A stretch of 63,988 nucleotides of DNA, filler included, from Welwitschia mirabilis (lineage: Eukaryota), in NCBI GenBank assembly GCA_051453625.1. It is 7 parts of one record of this genome, joined end to end, with 100 filler letters (N's around TTAATTAATTAA, not from the genome) between each part and the next. Parts side by side here need not be neighbours in the genome. Positions count along the whole stretch, not along the records: positions 1 to 19,540 come from JBOZIK010000001.1; 6 more parts are not named here. One strand, 5' to 3'. Under the pieces are notes generated by a model. It was given only the letters and a program-made list of their open reading frames with translations. It was not told the DNA's origin and searched no databases. Both the position numbers and the translations under genes were made by a program. Below, one piece after another: positions 1-12,177 of the stretch. The number at the start of each line of letters is the position of its first letter. Within the stretch, counting starts at the first letter, position 1.

Positions 1-120
1 GGCTATTAGGATTTAGTACATTTGAATTATACCTCTAATGGCTATAAATGACTAGAAAATGACTAACTAATAGCTAGATAACATATACATAACATTTACA
101 AAAATTTCTTTTCTGCTCTA

Positions 121-510
121 TCTGGTCGACTTCACAAAAATACAGTCGATTTCATGTGGTGCTATGAATTACATAGGTCTCTCAAGAGAAAGATTTGTTC
201 ACCACAAGTTTTTATATCTCCCTGTCTAGTCGACCCCATCTAGGTCTGGTCGACCCCAGTCCAGTCGATCCCATCCTAGGTCTAGTAGACTCCTTGTCTC
301 TCGGTCTGGGAAAATTTGCTATTAGGTTTTCAAATCCAGTCGAACCCATGAAAGTCTAGTTGACCTCTTGCCATTCAGTTCAGGAATACTGATTCTTTAA
401 GTTACAGGTCTGATTAACCCCATTAAAATCTGGTCGACCCCTTTGGATGTAGTCCATTTTTCTTTGATAGTTTAGGTATGATCGACTCCTTAAGGATCTG
501 GTTGACCCCT
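121..510. repeat. Cluster of about 12 degenerate copies of TCTGGTCGACCCC (palindromic GTCGAC core), probably the LTR or non-coding region of an older retroelement
   Basis: Copies start near 121, 143, 225, 245, 260, 281, 335, 355, 408, 429, 481 and 497. Spacing is irregular and variants include gttgac and gtcgat. Confidence 0.7.
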
Positions 511-639
511 CTGGAGGGTAACACAAATAAATAGGTTTTTGGTGCATATTTTAGTTCTATCTTTTAACCTACAAAAACCTTACTATCTTTTGCTCAAAAT
601 ATACAATATTGTCTATATAAAAGACATTATTTTGACATT

Positions 640-2688
640 AATTGGTAAAACACAATTCAATAGTATGAAGTATGTANNNNNNNNNNNNNNNNNNNNNNNN
701 NNNNNNNNNNNNNNNNNNNNNNNNNNNNNNNNNNNNNNNNNNNNNNNNNNNNNNNNNNNNNNNNNNNNNNNNNNNNNNNNNNNNNNNNNNNNNNNNNNNN
801 NNNNNNNNNNNNNNNNNNNNNNNNNNNNNNNNNNNNNNNNNNNNNNNNNNNNNNNNNNNNNNNNNNNNNNNNNNNNNNNNNNNNNNNNNNNNNNNNNNNN
901 NNNNNNNNNNNNNNNNNNNNNNNNNNNNNNNNNNNNNNNNNNNNNNNNNNNNNNNNNNNNNNNNNNNNNNNNNNNNNNNNNNNNNNNNNNNNNNNNNNNN
1001 NNNNNNNNNNNNNNNNNNNNNNNCTACTATCTTGAAGATGTCTAGGCTAAATCTAAAGTTATCACAGATGAAAGACATCTATCATAACATAGACGTCTAT
1101 ATTAAACAAGGATCTGAGAAAGGTGAAATACGTTTAACAAGTTAAAGATGTGTATACTACTTTAACTATTTAAAGACGTCTACTAAATCAATGATGTCTA
1201 TGCTAAACTAAAAGAGGTAATAGAGGTTAAATTGTGCACTGATGAATAATATACATTTTAAGTGNNNNNNNNNNNNNNNNNNNNNNNNNNNNNNNNNNNN
1301 NNNNNNNNNNNNNNNNNNNNNNNNNNNNNNNNNNNNNNNNNNNNNNNNNNNNNNNNNNNNNNNNNNNNNNNNNNNNNNNNNNNNNNNNNNNNNNNNNNNN
1401 NNNNNNNNNNNNNNNNNNNNNNNNNNNNNNNNNNNNNNNNNNNNNNNNNNNNNNNNNNNNNNNNNNNNATTTATTGCTATTACATGAAATTTAAACATTT
1501 CCAAATGGCTATCTCACTAGGATAAAGTCTTAGAAGATATCTTAAGCATAAAAGGAAAAGAGTGTAAAGAGAAAAAGGTTACTCATTTAGGTGATTAACC
1601 CTACACATGAAGATTCTTATGTCCTTAATGAAGATAACCATTTACTAAAGACATTACTTGATCATTGGCTTTCTCACAATGTACAAATTTGATCTTAGAA
1701 ATTTATGGNNNNNNNNNNNNNNNNNNNNNNNNNNNNNNNNNNNNNNNNNNNNNNNNNNNNNNNNNNNNNNNNNNNNNNNNNNNNNNNNNNNNNNNNNNNN
1801 NNNNNNNNAATTTATGGGTAACTACAACAAGAAGAACTCAAGTGTTCTATTAAAGTAACATATTTCAGGTTTTTTTTTTCTTTCTTAGCATTATTTATTA
1901 ACACTTCATCACAGGACTCATATATTATTGAATTAATTCTTTTTATTCCATAAATTATAATCATCTTTAGGATATCTCAGTTGAATACTCCAAAGTGTAA
2001 GACAATCCTTATATCGGTGTATGTCCTTAAATTCTTGAGAGTACAACTTCATTTTAGTACATTGTAATCCCTAAGGGAAAGAGAGTACTACCTTGTGTGG
2101 AGAATCTCATTTANNNNNNNNNNNNNNNNNNNNNNNNNNNNNNNNNNNNNNNNNNNNNNNNNNNNNNNNNNNNNNNNNNNNNNNNNNNNNNNNNNNNNNN
2201 NNNNNNNNNNNNNAGTAACATATTTCAAGTTTTTTTTTTTCTTTCTTAGCATTATTTATTGACACTTCATCACAGGACTTATAGATTATTGAATTAATTC
2301 TTTTTAGTCCATAAATTATAATCATCTTTAGGATATCTTTGTTGGAAACTCCAAAGTGTAAGACAATCCTTATATTGGTGTATGTCCTTAAATTCTTAAG
2401 AGTACAACTTGATTTTAGTACATTGTAATCCCTAAGGGAAAGAGAGTACTATCTTGTATGGAGAATCTCATTTATATGTAAGATTGATAGTGCTCCAAAA
2501 CCACTAATTTATAGGTTAAGAATATCCATAGGTGTAAAGAGAAGTTATCCTCTATGTGTGGACCTACACAGGTTGGAAAACTACATTAATTTGATGAGGT
2601 CTCTATTGTGTAATTTTATTTATTTTTAGTTAAGGTTTATTTTTAATAAAACTTATTCATTCCTATCCTCTGAGTTCAATGATCCTCA
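640..2688 (+). repeat. 5' LTR of the Sirevirus-like element (length inflated by gaps and a gap-flanking duplicate)
   Basis: Begins aattggtaaaa, like the 3' LTR start tattggtaaaa. Ends ...ttattcattcctatcctctgag...gatcctCA just before the PBS. Confidence 0.8.
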
Positions 2689-2690
2689 AG

Positions 2691-2702
2691 TAGTATCAGA
2701 GT
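2691..2702 (+). promoter_or_regulatory. Primer-binding site, initiator tRNA-Met type (degenerate)
   Basis: TAGTATCAGAGT versus canonical TGGTATCAGAGC, 2 nt after the LTR-terminal CA. Confidence 0.85.
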
Positions 2703-2740
2703 AGGTACTCACAAAAAGAAGTAATATTCTTGAGTGTACT

Positions 2741-5700
2741 ATGAAAGGAATACCATTTGTCAGACCTCTACTCTTTGATGGAATAAACTGTGCCTATTGA
2801 AAGATGAGGATGTAGGTGTACTTATAATATTTTGAGTTTTAGATTTGGCAAAGCATTGAAGATGGATACTTAAAACCTATGAAAACCATTATAGATTCCA
2901 TATGAAACTGCATCACTCAAATCCAACTTAGAAGAAACTAGGAAGACAAAGAAAAGACAACCTTTATGTATGACTCGAAGGTAAAGAATTCTCTGTACTT
3001 AGCTCNNNNNNNNNNCTTACAATGAAGGAATTCAAATTAATAACTAGATGAAAAACAACATAAGATATATAGAATGTTCTAGTAAGAACATATAAATGAA
3101 TCTTCATTGTTAAGAAATCAAAGATTCTTGTCTGGAATAATCAGTTTGAAAACCTAAAGATGAATAATAAAGAGAGAATATGTGGGTACTTCATAAGAGT
3201 CTCTAACATTATGAATGCTACATGTGGCATTCCTAAAAATATTCTAGACACTAAGGTAATTTAAAAGATTATTACATCCTTAAATATAGAATATAGGACT
3301 AAAACAATGAACATGAAATAATTAATTAGACTTCAATACAATGAAGATTAAAAAATTACAAAGTGCATTAACAACTTATGAGACTGATTCTATTCAAGAT
3401 TTTACTCTAAAGAAAAAGCCTATTTCTCGTAGCTAATGAATATCCAAGGCAAGCTTTCAAAGATAAAATAAAAAAAGTGTCAAATGGAGATGACTCTAAA
3501 GAAGAATTGGAAGAAGAACTTGCTCTCATCACAAGGTGAGTCAAAAGGCTTATTTCACAAAAGAACAATAAAAAGGATGACTATAGAAAATCATCTCAAT
3601 TTTATGCCAAATATAAGTCTAAGGTAAATATTATAATGGCTTTATACTTTCTTATAAGACTGATATTTCTAAACTAGAATGTTGGATTTGTGAAGGATAA
3701 AGACACATAGCCTCAAAATGTCTTAGCTTTAACAGATTGTAGGGAAAAGCACAAAAGAAAGAACCCAAGAAGAAGAGGTTATTTTTCATAGGCTAAGATG
3801 ATGATAAGGATGCAATTGAAGTAGAGACCTCTAATGATGAAGGATATCATTCATCTTACATGATAATTGTGCATATCCAAAGTGATAATGAAGAAGGAAA
3901 AAGAGAATCTAAATTAAAAAGTAAAGAAGAAAAAAGTATGAAACTTTAAGATAAGTATAACTTAATTTCTAAAGAGTTCATTAAGTTGTAAAAGGTATAT
4001 TCTAAAATGAAAAAATTGATTATTTCTCATAAATTATCATATAAGCATGGAAAATATTCTTGTAATGAATTATCATTCAAAAACTTAGCTTTTAAAGCTA
4101 ATATTAGTAATCTAACATGTGAATTAAAGAATGTTAAATAGGAACTTGATAGTATTAAAAGAATTAATGAGAAGTTTACCTAAGGAAAGAAAATATTAAA
4201 CATCATTCTTAGACAATGAAAAATTCCAAATGATAAAAGTAGCTAAGTCTATGAGAAAACCTTCACTAGTACTTTAACATCATTATTCAACAAAGGGAAC
4301 TACAAGCCAAGGTATTATCATATAGCTTACACCAATAATGTTAAATATTATTATTACTATAAATATGATCATTATCAATTTAACTGTATTTTTAAGTTTA
4401 ACACGAGATATTATTCTAATAGTGCTAAAAGGCCACGAAGTATGACATAACATCTTGTCCATGCTAAACCATAGAAGATATGGATTCCAAAATCAAGACT
4501 AGTTCTCTTAGCTCAAATTTTACTACGAGTGGTGAGGAAACATGCCTAGTATATTGATAGTGGATGTTGAAGACACATGACTAGAGATAAATCTATCTTT
4601 ACCACCTTAGTATATCAAGACAAAGGAGTGGTTAGTTTTGGTGATAACATAGAGGCTTTCATTAGAGGTATTAAAACCATTAGAGGAGGTAATTTACTTA
4701 AGGTAAAAGATGGTTTTTTTAGTAGAAGGATTGTAACATAATATTCTTAGTATTACTTAGTTATGTAATGTAAACCTTTTTATAACTTGCACTAAAGATG
4801 GTTGTGTTATTAAAGAGCATAACTCAAATAAGGTATTATTTACTGGAATTAAAAAATCTAATGTTTACATCACTATGTTACCAGATATCTCTAATAAGGA
4901 AACCAATTGTCTCTTAATTCCTATAGGTAAAGTAAAGCTATGATACAAAAATATTAATCATGTAAATAAGTACTTACTAAAGAATTTATCTTTAACAGAT
5001 ACAATAAGATAACTTTCCAAGTTGCAAAATTTTGATGATTAGTTATGCAAGGATTGTCAGAAAGAAAAGAAAACAAGGGTAAGGTTTGACAAGGAAGACT
5101 CTATCACTACTGAACTCTCTTTAGATCTTTTATATCTTGATATTATTAATTCTTTTCCTACTGAAAGTCTTAGTAAGAAAAGATATTACCTAACTGTTAT
5201 TGATGATTATTCTCGTTTTACATGTGTAGCCTTCCTTACACATAAGGAGGAGTTCTTTGATATGTTTTATAAGTTGTGTATTAAATTAAAGAATTAAAAG
5301 AGATATAAAATCAAGATAGTAAGAAGTGATAATGGAACTAAGTTCAAGAATTCAAGATTAGAAACTTTTGTGAATAGTTTGATATCCTTCAACAATTCTC
5401 TACAGCAAGGATTTCACAATAGAATGAAGTTGTTGAAAGAAAGAAGAAGATTCTAAATGAAATGACAAGAATGATGATGCACAATCAATAGGTTTCATAT
5501 CATTTGTGAGTAAAATCATTAATAATACATGATACATTTGCAATTAAGTTTTTATAAGATGCTTTACTTCTAAAACTTCATATGAACTATAGTCTAGTAA
5601 GTTATTTTTATGTATCTAGTGCAAAATTTTTCATTTTAGATGAAAAAGATAAGCTAAAAAAAAATTTGATTTCAAAGTTGATAATGACATTTTTTTAGGT

Positions 5701-8150
5701 TATTCCATAGTCAGTAAATCATACTAAGTATTCAACAACAGAATTTATGTAATAGAGGAAACTATTAATGTCAAAAGAGATGATACTGACTTAATCTCTA
5801 TTTGTGTGTAGGATGGCTATATGTCCATATAGTTTGAATAACCTTCTATTACAATTAGATAGTAAGAATAAGAAGGAAGAAGAAACTGAAAAAGAAACCT
5901 CTTCAAATGTGATCAAATTAAAAAAGGATTATTCTACAAGCAACATCATTGATGGTTCATATGATGGTATTTAAACTTAAAGCCATACTAAGGATTTTTG
6001 TAGATTTATAGAATACATCTTATAAGTAGAACTTAAAACTCTTAGTGAAGTAGAAAGTAATGATAATTAGATGCTAGCATCACAAGAAGAATTAAATCAA
6101 TTTAAAAGATGTGATGTCTGGGAACTCACTCCAAGTCCATCCAATAGAACTATCATTAACATAAAATGGGTCTTCAGAAACAAAACATATGAAAACATTA
6201 ATGTGATAAAAAATATAAGACTAGTAGCTAAAGGTTATAATCAATAAGGAGGAATAAAATTTGAAGAAACCTATATACTAGTGGTATATATGGAGTCTAT
6301 AAGAATGCTTTTGTCCTTTGCATATATAAAAAGATTCACTATCTAATAGATTGATGCCAAGAGTGCCTTTCTAAATAAAGTACTTTAAGAATAGGTATAC
6401 GTTGAGAAATCTCAAGNNNNNNNNNNNNNNNNNNNNNNNNNNNNNNNNNNNNNNNNNNNNNNNNNNNNNNNNNNNNNNNNNNNNNNNNNNNNNNNNNNNN
6501 NNNNNNNNNNNNNNNNCAAACATGATCACATTAAAAAAGAGTTATTCTACAAGCAACATCATTGGTAGTCCATATGGTGGTAGTCAAACTTAAAGCCATA
6601 CTAAGAAGTTTTATAGATTTGTAGCTTACATCTTGCAAGTAGAAGTCAAAACTATTAGTAAAGCAGAAAGTGATGAGAACTAGATGCTAGCACTGTAAGA
6701 AGAATTAAATCAATTTCAAAGATGTGATATCTAGGAACTCAATCCAAGGCCATCCAACAGACTTGTCATTAACATAAAATGGGTCATTAGAAATAAAACA
6801 TATGAAAACATTAATGTGACAAAAAATACAGTAAGACTATAGCGGAAGGTTGTACTCAACAAAGAGGTATAAAATTTGAAGAAACCTCTACACTAGTGGT
6901 GTATATGGAGTCTATAAGAATGATTTTATCCTCTACATATATCAAAGGATTTAGACTCTATTAGATTGATGCCACGAGTGCCTTTCTGAATAGAGTACAT
7001 TAAGAAAAGGTATACGTTGAGAAACCTAAAGGTTTTAATGATTCTTATAAATTAGATTATGTTTATAGGCTGAAAAAAACTCTCTATGATCTCAAGCAAG
7101 TACTTAGAGCTTAGTATGAGAGACTCTCAGGATAGCTAGTAGAAAATGGATTTAAAAGAGGTACATCTAATGTTACATTATTTATTAAAATAGACTAGTA
7201 AAGATTTCACTATTATACAAATCTATGTAAATAAAATAATTTTTGGTGCTACTAATAATAATTATGTAAGAAGTTTACTAACATTATGTAAGATGAATTT
7301 AATATAATCCTTACGAGAAAAATGAGTAACTTTTTGGGCTTCAAGTTATGTAACACAAATAAGGTATGTTTGTTTCTTAATTTAAATATGTTAAAAATTT
7401 ATTATCTAAGTATGATTTGCAAGGCAAATGATATTCTAATGAGCCAATGCACAAAATTGAATGAGGATAAACATGATAATAAAGTTGACAAAGACCTATA
7501 TAGGGTTATAATTAGTAGTTTATTGTATTTGACAGCTGGTAGGCCTAATATCATATTGAGTATAGATATTTGTGCCCATTATTATAGTGATCCTAGAGAA
7601 TGACATCTTACAGAAGTTAAAAGAATATTTCACTATTTGAAAGGTACTACTAATTGAGGCCTTTGGTATTCAAAGGATTCCTTCCTTAATCTAGTTGGGT
7701 ATTACGATGTAGACTAGGTAGGTTACAAGGATGATAGGAGGATCACTAGTGGAAATTTCATTTTGATTGGGCAATGATTGATGTTTTGGAGTAGTAAAAA
7801 GTAAAATTCAACTACCCTCTTAAGTACCGAAGTGGAGTACATCACTACTAAAAGTTTTTGTTCTTATTTACTTGGACAAAACAAACCTTAAAGAACTTTA
7901 GACTAATCATGAAGAATATTTTTATTTTTTACAATAAAAAAAGAGCCATTAACATATTGAATAATCCAATTCAACACTTAAGAACTAAACATATTAAGAT
8001 CAAAAATCATTTTCTTAGACATGTAAAAAACAAGAACATCATGTTGGAATATGTTAATATTGATGATCAACTTACTAATGTTTTTGTTAAACTATTGAGT
8101 GAACATATTTATTAATCCATGCAAGAACTTGAGGATTAGGCCTTGTCTAA
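2741..8150 (+). pseudogene. Copia gag-pol pseudogene
   Basis: RPLLFDGINCAY*KMRM gag start (about 2762); CWICEG*RHIASKC knuckle (about 3679); *YIDSGC*RHMTRD protease (about 4548); integrase motifs VIDDYSRFTCV and RSDNGTKF (5195-5345); RT motifs KWVFRNK and RLVAKGY (6163-6240, repeated at 6776-6860); RNase H motif QHLRTKHIKIKNHF (7972-8015). Many stops and frameshifts. Confidence 0.93.
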
Positions 8151-8974
8151 TTAGATAAGTCAATAGGTAATTAATCTCAAATCCTAACCTATCATTTTAA
8201 CTTATTAATTCTTGATGAGTTGATATATTAACTAGAACATAAAAAAGTATATCATGTGATGTTATTTTATCATTCATTCAAGCTGTGATAGTCTAATCTT
8301 GACATTAGCTATAGAAGACCTTGAAGTCTCTATTTCATAAGAAAGATGTCTTTAAGGTTGCAGACATCAAAGATAAAGATGTCTTTAAACTATAGATGTT
8401 CTTTAAGTAGACATCTTTGGGCATGTAAACATCTCTGAAGGTGAGACATTAATTTATTAATTCTATTTATTTTTTGAACTAGATGTCTTTAATTTTATAG
8501 ACATATTTGACGTGTATAGGTAACTATTAAAATTTCTTATCAGCAAACATATTTTTATTTAATACATGTCTACATTCATTATTTTAGATGTCTTTCAAGT
8601 AGTATATGTCTTTCATGCAGTGCATCTAAAATTAAAATGCATGCTACAAACAAGGGTTTTTAATCCTTTTTAAATAGGAAAGGGACCATCATCCCTTGTT
8701 TTTAGTCCTTCAATTATGAGGTATCACCATCAGAGTGCTTTGTAGCATAAGTTTTCTTAGATCTCTTAGCATAGACATCTTTGAATTAAAAGGAGTTTAC
8801 ACAGCTAGTAAATCAGGTGTTATTTTCTTTAATAGGTGTTTATTTTCATTGGTTCTTTTACATATTTTATCAAAGTTTAGTTTCCTAGTATTTTACTTTT
8901 TAAAATAGTGAGGAGNNNNNNNNNNNNNNNNNNNNNNNNNNNNNNNNNNNNNNNNNNNNNNNNNNNNNNNNNNN

Positions 8975-11684
8975 AACCATAATTTTATCATGAAAAATTT
9001 AAATCATGGGTGAAGAACTCTCTTATTATAGAAAGGATCCTTTATTTTCCAAAGCAAAAGAAAGATCAGATCCTTTCTTACTTCTATTATCTTGGTTGTG
9101 ATATGAAGGTTCAACTCAAACTGAGCATTCCAAATCCAATTTTTTGTGAGTTATATGCCAACATTCATAAAATAGAGAAAACACTCATATATTTCAAACA
9201 TAATTAAGATGTATCTCTCTCTTTCTTACATCTAGTTTTATTAACTACCTACTTAGTATATANNNNNNNNNNNNNNNNNNNNNNNNNNNNNNNNNNNNNN
9301 NNNNNNNNNNNNNNNNNNNNNNNNNNNNNNNNNNNNNNNNNNNNNNNNNNNNNNNNNNNNNNTTATATATTTCAGACATAATTAAGAGGTATCTCTCTCT
9401 TTCTTACATCTAGTTTGTTAACTACCTACTTAGTATAGATGATTTAGAGATTCTTTAGTTGTATGTGCATTCTTTCAAGGATATCTTCACATGTGATTTT
9501 GTTAAGATTTTATGTTATTCATTAAAAAATATTATTCTTGGATATTCAAATATGAATTTTTATGAGAATGTAAAATGACAAGATGTGGTACCTGATACAT
9601 AAATTTTGAGTTGATAGCATTCTATAATATTATAATTCACAAAGGTAGCTATAATTATTGTAATCCTATGCAAATATTTATAGTATACTACCTTCTTATA
9701 GGAATGAAAATTTATCTTAGCTTTATATTAAGCATGAAAATTATTACTCTCTTTCATGAGGGTTTAGACTTTAGATCAGCCCTATTTGAATAGCCTAATA
9801 ATTAGTAATGATAGTTTATTAATTTCATAGTTTAATCTTATTCAACCCAAAAATCAACTTTTAGAGATCAGTGGAAAGTGATGTGCTTCCATATAGGCAA
9901 GGAAAGACATAAGCAAGAGGCATTATAAAGTACAATTTTAGAGATCTCATTCCATAACTATTCACAATTACTCATTTGTAAAGAAGGGTTTCAAGGTGAT
10001 TACAAAAATGATGGACAAGATTGACAAAAATATTTTGAGATTAAATAATCACAAATATGCAACTAGTAAGGGAGAGATGCCTATAGGTAGTTGGGAACTT
10101 ATTGGGTCTTCCACTTGCTTTGATTTAAAGGAGAAGCCTAAGGCAGAGGCACTAACCATACCTCTTACTACAAGTTATGACTCAAATTGAGTAGAGGATT
10201 TAGATACTTTAGCATCCATAGATAAGAAGTCAAACTTTCAAGAAGAGCATTAAGCTCCCTCATAGGCTCCATTATGTGCTCTAACATAGGCTCAAGGGAA
10301 GTAGTAGGTAGTCTTAGAGAGCTTCGATGATGAGCCCCTTATCTTTCACAGGCCACATCACAAGCTACACATTCACTATTTCATACATCAAACTTTATCA
10401 CCTCTTGTACTTTCACCATCTGATGTACCTTTACCACCTAATCTTCTGTCATCACTATCATCTCTCAAATTTTCCATTCATGCATAACCTCTTAGTACAT
10501 CTCCATCCTTAATATTTGGTTTTATTGAGACTACCATTACCAATTTTCTTGATACTTCCATGACCTCTTAGATGTACTCATGTATAAGGATATATATCTC
10601 TTAAGGTTATGGTTAGATATCATACTGGCCATCACAGAAACAACATACACCTCCATCTACATCATCTTTCTTGTATACAATCTAGACCTCTACAACTAAA
10701 GAGGATGATGATGANNNNNNNNNNNNNNNNNNNNNNNNNNNNNNNNNNNNNNNNNNNNNNNNNNNNNNNNNNNNNNNNNNNNNNNNNNNNNNNNNNNNNN
10801 NNNNNNNNNNNNNNTTAGTAATGCTAGTTTATCAGTTTCATAGTTTAATCTTGTTTGACCTAAAAATCCACTTTCAGAGCTCAATGAAAAGTGATGTGCT
10901 TCCATATAGGCAAGGACAGACATAAGCAGGAGACCTTGCAAATCACAATTTTAGAGATCTCATTCCATAGCTATTCACAATTCCTCATTAGTAAAGAAGG
11001 ATTTCAAGGTGATTGCAAAAATGGTGGACTAGATTGACAAAAATATTTTGAGATTAAAGAAGCACAAATATGTAACTAGTAAGGGAGAGGCACCTATAGG
11101 TAGTTAGGAATTCATGGAAACTTCCATTTGCTCTGATTTAGATCAGGAGTCAAAGGCAAAGGCATTAAACCATACCTCCTACTATAAATTATGACTCAAA
11201 TAGAATAGAGGATTTAGATACTTCAGTGTCCACAGAGAAGAAGTTACACTTTCAGGGAGAGCATTAGGCTCCATGACAGGCTCCATTACATGCCGTAACA
11301 TAGGCTCAAGGAAAGCAACAAATCACACATCCACCTTTACCACCTCATGTACTTTCATCATCTTATGTACCTTTACCACCTTATCTTCTATCATCACTAC
11401 CATCTCTCAAATTTTCCATTCATGCATCACCTCTTAGTACTTCTCCATCCTTACTATTTGGTTTTATTAAGACTACCATTACCAGTTTTCTTGGTACTTC
11501 CATAACCTCTTAGATGTACTCATGTATAAGGATATATATCTCTTAAGGTTATGGTGAGATATCATACTGGCCATCACAGAAACAACATACACCTCCACCT
11601 ACATCATCTTTCTTGTATACAATATAGACCTCTACAACTAAAGAGGATGATGATGAAAGTAATAGTACTATGGATGGCACTTAG
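8975..11684 (+). pseudogene. Sirevirus env-like extra ORF relic (partly duplicated across an assembly gap)
   Basis: Lies between RNase H and the PPT. Fragments include YLGCDMKVQLKLSIPNPIFCELYANIHKI (9010-9207) and a Pro/Ser/Thr-rich stretch followed by an acidic EEDDDES tail near 11640. Confidence 0.65.
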
Positions 11685-12162
11685 TATACTAGTGATTTAG
11701 CCCTCAATGACTAGCTTTTTCTTGTGTCATCTAAAAAGTTAGAAAAGATGAATGAATCAAATTAGATCATATTGGACATCCTATATGAGTTTTAAGGACA
11801 TGAACTTGAAATAGGTAATTGGAATTTCTATAAGTGACATCATTGTTGATGATTACTTTTACATATTTTCACATATTTCATGATATTTTAATGAATTATT
11901 ATTATTATTTATCAGTTATTAGATTCCTTTTATATGTAGTATATGCACAGTGCTTTGATATATATCTAACAGTTTAATATATTAGCACTACTTCTTATTT
12001 ACTATCTTTTAATAATTACCAATGCGTTTTTTAAAAGATTCTACTTTGTAAAAGTTTTAATATGCCTCATATAATATAATATGTCTCATTTTGGATTAAG
12101 TTATCTCAAGTAAAATTTGAAAATGATTATACTAATGAGATTTTCTAAGTTTTGGATATCAT

Positions 12163-12176
12163 AAAAAAGGAGGAGA
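12163..12176 (+). promoter_or_regulatory. Polypurine tract of the Sirevirus-like element
   Basis: AAAAAAGGAGGAGA followed by T and TATTGG, matching the Sirevirus AAAAAGGGGGAGA-T-TGTTG junction. A degenerate upstream copy lies near 11727-11747. Confidence 0.85.
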
Positions 12177-12177
12177 T

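Noticed and set aside
121-510. CRISPR-like array (also considered for 56447-57493)
   Set aside because: Repeats are degenerate and irregularly spaced, there are no cas genes, and the context is plant retrotransposon DNA.
6517-7030. Elements with genuinely duplicated RT or RNase H-integrase domains (also 35294-36063)
   Set aside because: Each duplicate starts exactly at a 100-N gap, the pattern of uncollapsed contig overlaps.
10327-10714. His-rich ORFs 10327-10512 and 10609-10818 as a metal-binding protein
   Set aside because: They are off-frame readings of the Pro/Ser/Thr-rich tail of the env-like relic.
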